Source: Epithemia pelagica
Lineage: Eukaryota > Protista > Bacillariophyta
NCBI GenBank assembly: GCA_946965045.2
Contig: OX337242.1
Span: 2,356,001 to 2,420,000, forward strand
DNA: 64,000 nt
Reading direction: 5' to 3'
Position numbers and translations under genes: made by a program. The notes beneath the pieces were generated by a model. That model did no database searches. It saw only the letters and a program-made list of their open reading frames with translations, and was not told the origin of the DNA. Positions 1-9,757 of the stretch are shown piece after piece (position 1 is the stretch's first letter; each line of letters starts with the position of its first letter).

Positions 1-1737
1 GATCGCAAACCGTTGGGGAAGAACAATGGAAGCTGCCTCGTCAATCTCTTGGATCATACGAGCAAACAGTCCGCGAACAATTGACGTGCTTTCGCGACCA
101 ATGACACAGACTATGGGGAATACTGAGTTCCTGGATTGCTTGTAGGGATTGGAGGAGTCATTGAATTTCAATCCGCCCAAAGTATGCGACAGATGCTTTG
201 TCAACATGGCACCATCAATGCTTTGTGAGAGATTGACTGGACGAGAAGCAGCTTCACCATCCATCAATCCACCGGAATGTAGGATTACCCGCATCACGTC
301 AGCTGCGCGAAAGTAAAACCCTTCAGTCGAATCCCTCACATTCCTGATCATTCTAAAGGGACAAACAATCGAGCCGTAATGTTCCACCATAGCGGCACAA
401 TTCTGCAGAGAGGATGTGCTGGGTATGATGGTGCGCACATGCTTTTGTCCGTTAGTCTCAACACGACGGAGTAGCTCGATTCCTTCAAAATTCAACACTC
501 CTCCGTGTCGATCCATTTCAGAAAGAATACGGAATGGTGTGAAAACTGTTTGACGAAGGTGCTTGCCGACCACTTCAAGCAAGACATCCTTCATTCGTCC
601 CTGATGAATGTTGGAATTCAACAACATACCACACAACGCTTTTAAGAAACGCGTTGCTCGGTCACTATTCTTTCCATGGCGAAGAATGGCCTTGGAAATG
701 ATGACACGAATGTTAGCAATGATCTGGTCCCCACGTTCCTTGTCCGAGGCCCGTGTTGGAACGGACTGAGACACCGCTTTATCGGATTGTATCTCGATGA
801 TACGAGCTTCAAGCTTGGTGATCTGTTTAGATTTCTTCTTGCTGCTCCTACGGACCTTGTTCAGATTGAGTTTGAGAGACTGAATCTCACGGTCCTTGTT
901 TTTCAAGGATAGCTCTATGTCCTTTTGTTTCGAGGACAGAGCGTCGTTTGCTTTTTGTACTTGTGCAAGTAACTGGCTGGTTGTCATTCCGGAATAGGAT
1001 GTGGAGGAATTGGCCAGACTGCATGTGAGAACAGACATCCCTTCATTGCCATGGGGGGCAATAACTTCCTTGGCAACAGGTTCTTCTTCAGCTTCGGATT
1101 CTTCAGAATCCGCAAAAATATCATTGGAGGATGACGAACCACTGGAGACGTCAGAATCATCTTCGGAATCAGGATCTGAATCAGATTCCTCTTGTTTCGG
1201 AGGAGGTTTCTTGTCTTCTTCGGTTGTAACAACAGTAGATTGATTAACAGGGGTTACATGAATCCCTTTCGACCTTTTAGAACGGCGATTCTTGCGGAAG
1301 CGACGTTTTGCTTTGCGTTTCTTCGGCCGGTTCTTGATAGATTCAATCTTGACTGGGTCGGTTGGCATGACTATATTGTCATGGGAAGCTGTGCAAGTGA
1401 ATCGGCCATTCTCTGCTTTCCTGTTAATGGGGATGTTGGGGAAAGCGACTTCTTGTTCATCCGCGTCAAAGCAATTGCCGCAAAAGAAAAAACCTTCCCA
1501 TCGCTGATATCGGTCTCTACCAAATACAGAACATGGCTTCGTGTCTTCGTTGGCAAAGTCACGGCAGATGCGGGCAATCCTTTTCCTTTCTAAAGCACTT
1601 GAGTGGGGAGGACGCTTCGCCTCTCTACGACGAGCTCTCGTCTGTTGATTCGGGGAAACTGGGGCAGCCTCTGCTTCTTGCAACTCTTCTTCGGCTTGCT
1701 CCATGGCAAGCCGTTGGGCTTGACGGGTGGTTGGCAT
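1..1737 (-). CDS. RAG1/Transib-like DDE transposase, N-terminal 579 aa (continues beyond window start)
   Basis: Manual translation gives an uninterrupted frame from ATG 1737 (MPTTRQAQ...) to base 1; it is absent from the ORF track, probably because it has no stop in the window. Motifs: TPFRILSEMD...LNFEGIELLRRVE...RTIIPSTSSLQ (resembles RAG1 DDBD region), GFYFRAADVMRVIL (cf. RAG1 RFRYDSALVSAL), NLSQSIDGA with putative first catalytic Asp at nt 214-216 (cf. RAG1 KESCDG), QSRNSVFPIVCVIGRES (cf. RAG1 PNSELCCKPLCLMLADES). Confidence 0.7.
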   Translation of the reverse strand, partial: MPTTRQAQRLAMEQAEEELQEAEAAPVSPNQQTRARRREAKRPPHSSALERKRIARICRDFANEDTKPCSVFGRDRYQRWEGFFFCGNCFDADEQEVAFPNIPINRKAENGRFTCTASHDNIVMPTDPVKIESIKNRPKKRKAKRRFRKNRRSKRSKGIHVTPVNQSTVVTTEEDKKPPPKQEESDSDPDSEDDSDVSSGSSSSNDIFADSEESEAEEEPVAKEVIAPHGNEGMSVLTCSLANSSTSYSGMTTSQLLAQVQKANDALSSKQKDIELSLKNKDREIQSLKLNLNKVRRSSKKKSKQITKLEARIIEIQSDKAVSQSVPTRASDKERGDQIIANIRVIISKAILRHGKNSDRATRFLKALCGMLLNSNIHQGRMKDVLLEVVGKHLRQTVFTPFRILSEMDRHGGVLNFEGIELLRRVETNGQKHVRTIIPSTSSLQNCAAMVEHYGSIVCPFRMIRNVRDSTEGFYFRAADVMRVILHSGGLMDGEAASRPVNLSQSIDGAMLTKHLSHTLGGLKFNDSSNPYKQSRNSVFPIVCVIGRESTSIVRGLFARMIQEIDEAASIVLPQRFAI

Positions 1738-2228
1738 CGTTGGGTCTTCAATCGAAAGGAGAGGTGCCTGTTTGATTGATATGTTGATTCAGGAAGAGAG
1801 ACATGATGGAACTTTATTCAGAGTTCCTTGTCAACATCATCTTTTCATCGGCTTCGGGTTCTGCGATTGAGTTTAGAACGGATGAATGAAATGCGACTAA
1901 GGGGTAATGTAATATTCATGAACATATAAATTTTATGCAAAAAATCGTCGGGCGAGTTCTCCAAATCCATTCTCATACGTTTGGACTTAGTGAAATTTGG
2001 GAAAATGGGGTTCTGAAGAGGACGTGTGACAGGGGGTACTTCCACGATGATATGGCTCTTATGTAACGATGGCCTCACCTTGCCTTATGTATCAGAAAAG
2101 GTTTGGCATAGTTACATAAGAGCCAAGTCTCCGTTGTTGTGCCAATTCATTGGCTTTTTGGTACTGGCAGTCTTGGATGTTCATTCACGGTAGAGTCTCG
2201 GATTATATTTAATGAATGTCCTATTCGG

Positions 2229-2255
2229 GGTTTTTCCATTGATTAGAGCACAGTG
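2229..2255 (-). repeat. RSS-like terminal inverted repeat, candidate end of the Transib/RAG-like element
   Basis: Minus strand from 2255 reads CACTGTG-CTCTAATCAAT-GGAAAAACC: 6/7 match to heptamer CACAGTG, 11-nt spacer, 7/9 match to nonamer ACAAAAACC. It faces into the transposase gene ~520 nt away. Confidence 0.55.
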
Positions 2256-4014
2256 GGTGTGACATGTTTCTAAAGCGGTATTGGGTGGGGGAGGGTTGAC
2301 ATGCGCGCTAAAATGAACCGGAAATGCTGCTATTGTTTTAAAAAAAACCCTCCGATTGCGGGGGTACCTCCCGTCTGCTGTCCATACGGTTATTCCCATA
2401 TTTTCCTAAAAAATGTAAAACTTATTTCTTTCAAATTTCTTTTGATTTAGCACATTATTATAACGTCCAAGCCAACTGTAATAACTGGCTTCGCCCTATT
2501 GTGTAGCCGCTTGCGCTCATGAATGGGAAACAGGAACCGGCGTGAGCCGTGAGACTTGACGAGACATGCACAGAGAAATCTACAAGCCCATTTTGTACTC
2601 TAAAGTCTATACTGTTTCAGAAGCGAGTACTCTTTACGTAGTAGTGGATCAAGCTTCACGGAATCATCACACACACACACACACACCAAACCCTGAAAAT
2701 ACACACACATGATGCAATGCACCTCTAGGAGTATCAACACAAGCTCCTGGCACTTTGTCTATGGCAAAGATAAAAGCATAGTCCACTACTAGTTTAGGCT
2801 TCCTGCTTCCTGGGCTTACATACCCCATGATGACGCTGTCAAACCTTCGCTTCATCATTGCAGTGGTTGATTGTTCAGTGCAGTGGTTGATTGTCATGTT
2901 TCATGTTGTCATCCTTCCTTTGATGCATTATGCCTTCACTTGTGATCTAGGTGGATGCATTCTGCCTTCACTTGTGATCTAGGTGGATGGTTTTGACCAT
3001 AAAGTTGTCACTGTGGTCGTTCGTCCGGCTGGATGGTTTTCTTTTGGTTTTTGGTGTGCTCATGGTCGTCTTTTGTGGTGTTGCTCGAAAAGTGAGACGA
3101 TATACAAGGCGTGACCGGCGCGTCGATTTCGAACGATCGAAGAGAGGCTGGCGATATCACCCGGCTGGCGCTTTGGGAAAAAATACGAGACAATTTTTTT
3201 CCTTTCGGATGACGGACGAACAAAGGTACCCCCCCAATCGCACCCTTTTAAATCAATACAAATACACTACAGACGCTGAGAAGTCTTCCGGAAAGATACC
3301 TAAAAAAGATACCCTCACTTTTGTTCCACCGGCTTTGGCAAGCAAAGATCTGTCATTTGAACCCTTTCATGAAAAAAAACAAATACAGTCCTTTCAAACA
3401 GACACTCAATGATGCATGTGGACCCCCTATGTCAAGAGAATGCGGGTTGATGCCCCTTAGAATGCCGCTCTCAGAGTTGAGATTCCCTCTCAATGAGCCG
3501 ATTTTCCGGCCTTTGCCGCACAATGGGCTCGCCGTGTTCGGGTAAAACCAGTCAATGCTTCATCCTATCTTTCCCTGGTCCGAAATGTTTCTGCGGAAGA
3601 TTACGGTAGGCAACTTCCAGTGGGAGCACAATGGATTTTTCCAGCCGATTTGGTCATTGTTGTAAGCGTGCAAGATTCATTCTTCGATGCAGATACGGGC
3701 CAGCTTGATCCAGTATCTGTCAGCAGCAGCAACGTTCGAGCTGGTTTCATTCGAACGACCTGCCGTTGGAGGCATAGGCCAATATCATCCCCAGCACTTT
3801 TTGCTTCCCATCAATTTCATTCCACACATACAAATCGGTCCGAAAAATACTTTCACGCGAAGAAAAATGACTACAAGACTCAATGTTGTGAAATCAAGAA
3901 TCCTCTATTTTGCTTTTTCATTTTGATATGCATACGGCAATAGCCTCTACTACAGTACATACCCTTGTCATTCGTTTCCCGTTTCTCTTGAGCCACACTT
4001 CTACCCGCAAGAAG

Positions 4015-5217
4015 TCACTCACTTTTGCCGCTTGTTCGGAAACGACGTCGTTCAGAGAGTTTGGTATTCAGCCAGAACTTTTCGATTTGGTCCACGGACC
4101 TTCTTGGCAAAAATGTGGATATAAGATTCCAGCGGTTTCCAAATCTTTGTCGTTTCTCCAAAATAATCAGCTTCTCCTGAATGGTGAGAGGCGTTTTGAG
4201 GAGATTGGGGTCAATCACGTTCTCAAAGTGATCTCGAATCTCGATACAAGTTCGACCTGGAAGTTGGGCTTGTATGACAGAGTACTTGATGTTCTTTTTG
4301 CGGTACTCACGAATAATTTCTTCTTCCTCTACCGTCCATGGCAATTGATGGTGCTGAAGCTTTTTGTCGAGGGTACCGAGGAATGTACTCTTGATACCCA
4401 TGTCACTCGGAGTGACGTTATCTTTAGCATTGCCGACAATGGACGAATCATGGACGAAAGTGGGTGTCTCCCATCGAGCAGACGCGTCATGATCACGCTT
4501 GAGGGTGCCTTCTTGAGACAGTTCTTCCCAGGTATCAGGGTGGGGTTCCCGGGATTCTGGTTGTGGAAGTCTCTTGCCCTTTAGAGTTGTGGCCATCCGG
4601 GACTGAAATAGAAGGCGCTTGCCCTTGATGGGTGTAACGCATCGAATATGTTTCGGATGAATGGGCTTCTTGGTTTTTCGGGAAGTCTCGGGCGTTGGAA
4701 AGCAATATAAGCGATCGTCCTTGTATGTCTCATTCATGGTTTGTGATTCCCCAGCGTCGTCGAAATTCTGAGCACTCAAATCGGCGTCTGATTCCCACGA
4801 TTTATCGAGATCAGCAGCATTCGAATCCTCTTCTGATTCCCAAGAGTCGTCGAAATCTTGACTAATCGAGTCATCTTCTTGAACAGATGAATCATTGTCG
4901 TTATTGGCTGCTGTGGGAAACGGTGACTTTTTGATTGGAAAGGACACAAAGTTTTTGGGCAGATGTCGGGGATTCGGGGGAAACCGCATGTCATTATCGG
5001 TGAAATCGAACATGTCCACCAATTCGTTGGTCTTGAGCTCAGCATCGGATTGCTCAGAGACTATTTGTTGTGCAGCCAGGAGAATGCTCTCGTCATCCCA
5101 CGAGGAAACTTTGTGCGTCTTGAGGGGATTTCCTTCATTTTCAGCCGATGCTGATGAGCCCACAAAGCGAGGCTTGGTCGGTGTAATGGTGGGAAGTGGA
5201 ACAGTGCGTGAAGTCAT
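4015..5217 (-). CDS. R2R3-type Myb DNA-binding protein (copy 1)
   Basis: Two C-terminal Myb repeats: LPWTVEEEEII...LPGRTCIEIRDHFENVIDPNL and PLTIQEKLII...FGNRWNLISTFLPRRSVDQIEKFW, after a long disordered N-terminus. Confidence 0.85.
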   Translation of the reverse strand: MTSRTVPLPTITPTKPRFVGSSASAENEGNPLKTHKVSSWDDESILLAAQQIVSEQSDAELKTNELVDMFDFTDNDMRFPPNPRHLPKNFVSFPIKKSPFPTAANNDNDSSVQEDDSISQDFDDSWESEEDSNAADLDKSWESDADLSAQNFDDAGESQTMNETYKDDRLYCFPTPETSRKTKKPIHPKHIRCVTPIKGKRLLFQSRMATTLKGKRLPQPESREPHPDTWEELSQEGTLKRDHDASARWETPTFVHDSSIVGNAKDNVTPSDMGIKSTFLGTLDKKLQHHQLPWTVEEEEIIREYRKKNIKYSVIQAQLPGRTCIEIRDHFENVIDPNLLKTPLTIQEKLIILEKRQRFGNRWNLISTFLPRRSVDQIEKFWLNTKLSERRRFRTSGKSE

Positions 5218-6123
5218 TGCGATTTAATTGATTGGCAGGAGTTTGGATGCACACGATTGCCTGGTCAAAGTGATGTTTGATTTGGGAAGGAGCAAATTTT
5301 ATGAGAACAAGATGAATGTTTGTGCCAAGATGGACAAGGCAAAAGAGATTTGCAAACCGCAACGCAACGAAGGTTTACGATTGACTCCGAAGAGACTGGT
5401 TTTGCATCTTGTGCGGCGACAAGTGTACGTGGAACTGTAGGTATATGTTCTACGGGAATGCTTGTGTCGCGCGCTGCTCGATCCCCAGTATGAGTTCCGC
5501 GATATTCGGACGAGATCGGAGATTGGTTTTGCATGGATGAAACGGCGGATGGGTGGTTCGAGAAACGGTCCATCATCTCTCTTGGAGGCAGTCGTCCCCA
5601 AAAGCATGCATGGATCATTCCTTCCACTCCAAATCGCACTGGGAGCGGCCTTGGAATCGGCACAACGCGAAATCAGGATCACATGGAAGGAATGGATGGC
5701 CGCATAAGAGTTGTTCATGCACAGTCCATGAACATGAACAAGATCATATCCGTAGACTAGGTCCTTTTGCCACATGAGATTCCTGCCTTCAAACTGTGAC
5801 CGAATGAATCGTGAATCGTGACTGTGTGGAATTCATTATTATTTAAGCCTCTATAAATTAACTATCCGTACTCCGTACTCGTAAAACTAACCCTTCGAAC
5901 TTCGAATACCTCGAAGTTCTTCTGCCCAAGTGGCACACAATGACACCCAAAGACAACACACTGCCGCCGCTGGATAGGGAGACGAGGCATGAAGTCAGAA
6001 CAACCATGACGTTACAATGTGGAATCAGGTCACGATTCCGCACAACTTGAGCCCCGGCATCGTGAGAAGGCAACTACAAGTCTCAGTCAGGGCCTCCTGT
6101 AGCTACCTTCACAGGTCTCAGTC

Positions 6124-7944
6124 TTACGAACGTCGCAATGCTTTGGTGACTCGCTCCGGATCGTCAAAGAATCTGACCGGGTTGTCGATGCATCCCAGTT
6201 CCTCATGATCAAAGAAATCTTTGACCGTTTCGACCGAACTACAATCCACAGCTACAGTCAATCCTTCATAACCCTCTTCGTCAACCTCTTCCGGCCGTCG
6301 GAATGACAAATGAACATCATCCGGGACAACAAAGGCGATCTTGACCGACACACAATCTGATTGGAGCTTAAACGTCTGTAACAGAGGTCGGAGGAACTTG
6401 GTCCTAAACGTTCGAGGGTTGAAGGTGTGCTCAGCGGAAATAGTATACTGAAAGCACCAAACTGTTACGTTGTCATTGGGATCCTTGGTAAGAAGGGCTG
6501 CATCGATGTTTGCGAAATTGGGTACACTTGGAATCCAGTAAACCAGAAAGTCGGAGAGTTGATTAACTCCCTCTACACCGGTCCCCTTGCTCTGGAGAAT
6601 GCCAGATATAGGGCTTGGACGTTTGTAGAAAAGCTGATGGAGAAGCTCCTCAAAGTGGCATCCCGCTGCACTTGCCAGCCCTTTCTCTTTGGATTCCATA
6701 TAGGCATTGTAGTAATTTTCCAGGCCGACCCGGTCCCGCAAGAGACGTGCGACAAACTGTGAGTCCACAACCTGATAAGCAGATCCAAAGTAGGTCCAGC
6801 TGGATGTCACAACAGGGATTCGGAACATGGTTCGAACACGATCGGGGCTTTTTTTGTCTCCACTTCCTTTTGTGTCAACAATACTTAGCATTGCCTGATT
6901 CTTGGATATCGCATTCACCGTCGCCGTCGTATCGGCCTTCCATATGTCTGGGTTCTGAGCGTACTTTAACGCCTCCCGGATCCGGCCACCAGTATGATAG
7001 AAAATATCCTCAAAAACTTCATCGGGAGAATAGCTAGAAGCAGATTTGTCGCCGTCATCGCCATCTGCATCGGCTTCTTCAAGACCTTCCATTTCATCAT
7101 CACATTTCGTTGTTGCTGCTGCTGGGGCCGATGACGCCACTCTTGCAACCCCATCGACTGCTGGCGCCGCTGCTGCAACGTCGTCGATGCCAGATGGTTT
7201 ATGGTTGTCTAGAATATCCGAAGTCAATTCGAGCGCTTTTTGCAGGTCCGTCTTTTCCCAGCCACTTAGAACGACGAGAGCTGAAAATGTCGCACTTTCT
7301 CCTTGAGGTACGTCATGTCCACCGCTTGTCGCTAGGTAATGGTGTGGTAGGTACAGATCTTGGTCGCCTTCGTGTAGACCATCAATGAACAAGAGAACAT
7401 TGTTAGACATAACGTGAACCTGGGCATCCGAACGGTTGATCGCCATATGCTTCTGTAGAACGTCCGCCAGCACATCGTCGACTCCCAAGTTTCCTTGCAA
7501 TATTCGACTGTAGCGAATCGTAATCTCCTTATTCTCTTTGTCGCTTTTATCCTTCTTCCTCATAAAAAACACGCTCGTGAACTCTCCAACAGCCCTCGTC
7601 TTGCGAATGAAGCAGACAGGCTTCTCCTCGTACAGGGCACGGTACAGTGCCACCAAGAATATTAATACGCTTTTTCCAACACCAGGTGAACCGATTAAAA
7701 CCTGTCTTAGTTTTCGATCCATCTTGGTGAGTTCCTGGAACACTTCACACATTTCTTTTCGAATGTAGATCGAATTTTTGGGGAAGAATTGCTCCTTCAT
7801 CTTAGTAGGAGGGGCGAGGGGTGAAAAAAAAGTTTCGGTCTCGATACACTCCCCCTCCACTAGGCCTGCTGCACCCAAGTCAATGTCTGCGCAATTAAGC
7901 GTTGCTGTTTCATACTGGATTGACGACGACGACGACGACGACAT
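6124..7944 (-). CDS. Crinkler/RHS-type protein: P-loop NTPase plus C-terminal PD-(D/E)XK-like REase domain (copy 1)
   Basis: Walker A GSPGVGKS after YIRKEM; Walker B-like LLFIDG; C-terminal WIPSVPNFANIDAALL...FQYTISAEH, typical of CR-REase domains. Confidence 0.75.
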   Translation of the reverse strand: MSSSSSSSIQYETATLNCADIDLGAAGLVEGECIETETFFSPLAPPTKMKEQFFPKNSIYIRKEMCEVFQELTKMDRKLRQVLIGSPGVGKSVLIFLVALYRALYEEKPVCFIRKTRAVGEFTSVFFMRKKDKSDKENKEITIRYSRILQGNLGVDDVLADVLQKHMAINRSDAQVHVMSNNVLLFIDGLHEGDQDLYLPHHYLATSGGHDVPQGESATFSALVVLSGWEKTDLQKALELTSDILDNHKPSGIDDVAAAAPAVDGVARVASSAPAAATTKCDDEMEGLEEADADGDDGDKSASSYSPDEVFEDIFYHTGGRIREALKYAQNPDIWKADTTATVNAISKNQAMLSIVDTKGSGDKKSPDRVRTMFRIPVVTSSWTYFGSAYQVVDSQFVARLLRDRVGLENYYNAYMESKEKGLASAAGCHFEELLHQLFYKRPSPISGILQSKGTGVEGVNQLSDFLVYWIPSVPNFANIDAALLTKDPNDNVTVWCFQYTISAEHTFNPRTFRTKFLRPLLQTFKLQSDCVSVKIAFVVPDDVHLSFRRPEEVDEEGYEGLTVAVDCSSVETVKDFFDHEELGCIDNPVRFFDDPERVTKALRRS

Positions 7945-8473
7945 GCTGGTAAAATCGTGAGACCTCGTTCAAGATTGCCTCTTTGTCTTCTGTCGATGCC
8001 TTCGTTTGTTGTTGTTTGTGTTTAGCGGAATGGTGAGTCCTGGTTGATCGTGATTCACAGGGGCGATTGGCCCACTAGTCTCTAGAGTAGTCTCTGAGTC
8101 CCCTTTACCACTCTAGCTAGGTACTCGCCGGCCTGCTGTAGTCTAAACTCCCTCCACTCGCACCTGGTCGCTCGTATCTAACTCATCAGTAGTCAAGGGG
8201 TCGGTCGGGGTTAGTTCCTCTAGGTCGTTTTCGCCATAGACCACCACTGGAGGCGTGTCCTTTGGTGTGCTGAAGCCGAACCTAGCGCGGAGTCCTTCGA
8301 TCCGTCGTTCTTGGTAGGTCATGGGGGGCACAGTATCTAGGATACTGCTGCTCCTCCCATCCAATCCTTGATCAAAGTCATCATTTGAGGTTGAAAGTCG
8401 AGCGGTAGGCGACTGGGAGGAGGTCCACGAGAAAAACGAGGTGTTTGACTGGGACGACGAGGTAGACACTGGG

Positions 8474-8518
8474 CGGCAGACTAAGGCTCTTTCGTCGTTC
8501 GTCGACTCATCAGTGCTG
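8474..8518 (-). ncRNA. Hammerhead-ribozyme-like motif, inverted copy
   Basis: Reverse complement reads CAGCA-CTGATGA-GTCG-ACGAA-CGAC-GAAA-GAGCCTTA-GTC-TGCCG. Confidence 0.45.
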
Positions 8519-9006
8519 GGGGCGTTGTTGTTGGGTGGGAACCGGTGAAACCGCGGTTTGTGGCGGCATGCTCCGTAGATTTCGTTGCATTTGTTGATTG
8601 CTAGGTTGGGGTGTTTGCTCGTGAATTTGAGGATTTCCTATGACCGGTTCACCAACATCCGGGAGCATTTTCAAGGAGATCTCAACTCCAAGTTAAATGA
8701 CGGACTACGATCCTTGGATTTTGAAGATCTGGACTGTAACTGCAGGAACCGTGAAGCCTGTCCCTACGGAGGTTTCTGCAGACGTTCCATCGTGGTCTAT
8801 AAAGCCACCTGCCTCAAAACCGGCAAGCAGTACATTGGCAACACTCAACAACACGTAAAGAAAAGGATCCAACAACATGTCCAAGACGTGAAGCAACTGG
8901 TTCTCAAGAACAAGAGCTCTGATTCGTTTGCTAGCCACTTCGCCTGCTTCATTCCCAGAGAAACCGAGAAGAAGGAAATCAAGAACCACGTCCGACTCAA
9001 AGTGGA

Positions 9007-9206
9007 NNNNNNNNNNNNNNNNNNNNNNNNNNNNNNNNNNNNNNNNNNNNNNNNNNNNNNNNNNNNNNNNNNNNNNNNNNNNNNNNNNNNNNNNNNNNNN
9101 NNNNNNNNNNNNNNNNNNNNNNNNNNNNNNNNNNNNNNNNNNNNNNNNNNNNNNNNNNNNNNNNNNNNNNNNNNNNNNNNNNNNNNNNNNNNNNNNNNNN
9201 NNNNNN
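9007..9206. other. Scaffold gap (200 N)
   Basis: Run of N; 8702-9006 is repeated at 9207-9511 on the other side. Confidence 0.99.
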
Positions 9207-9712
9207 GGACTACGATCCTTGGATTTTGAAGATCTGGACTGTAACTGCAGGAACCGTGAAGCCTGTCCCTACGGAGGTTTCTGCAGACGTTCCATCGTGG
9301 TCTATAAAGCCACCTGCCTCAAAACCGGCAAGCAGTACATTGGCAACACTCAACAACACGTAAAGAAAAGGATCCAACAACATGTCCAAGACGTGAAGCA
9401 ACTGGTTCTCAAGAACAAGAGCTCTGATTCGTTTGCTAGCCACTTCGCCTGCTTCATTCCCAGAGAAACCGAGAAGAAGGAAATCAAGAACCACGTCCGA
9501 CTCAAAGTGGACATACTTTGGCAAGGCAAACCGCTTTCCACTGTAAAAACCTTTGGGACAAAGTCCTGCAAACTCTGCGCACGAGAACACTTGGAAATCC
9601 TCAAATTCACGAGCAAACACCCCAACCTAGCAATCAACAAATGCAACGAAATCTACGGAGCATGCCGCCACAAACCGCGGTTTCACCGGTTCCCACCCAA
9701 CAACAACGCCCC

Positions 9713-9757
9713 CAGCACTGATGAGTCGACGAACGACGAAAGAGTCTTAGTCTGCCG
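9713..9757 (+). ncRNA. Type I hammerhead-ribozyme-like motif inside the Penelope ORF
   Basis: CTGATGA core, stem II GTCG/CGAC, GAAA core, GTC triplet followed by TGC that pairs with the GCA before the core (stem I). Stem III is non-canonical (GAAAG rather than GAAAC). Confidence 0.5.

Larger units (their letters stand above)
2348..8126. repeat. Left arm of ~5.8 kb inverted duplication
   Basis: ORF pairs mirror at x + y = 18765 (4015..5217 / 13548..14750; 6124..7944 / 10821..12641). Outer boundary near CCCTCCGATTGCGGGGGTACC, inner boundary at CTAGCTAGGTACTC. Confidence 0.95.

Noticed and set aside
2255-2348. Palindrome produced by RAG-type hairpin opening at the transposon end
   Set aside because: Such a palindrome would be centred on the transposon end; here the end lies at the outer edge and the centre is ~7 kb away.
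1-5217. Transposase plus Myb gene as a PIF/Harbinger element
   Set aside because: The transposase motifs are RAG1/Transib-like, the Myb is a two-repeat R2R3 type, and it lies outside the candidate terminus at 2255.
8702-9511. 305-bp direct repeat on either side of the N gap, suggesting tandem Penelope units
   Set aside because: Both contig ends overlap in the same sequence right at the gap; most simply an unmerged assembly overlap.
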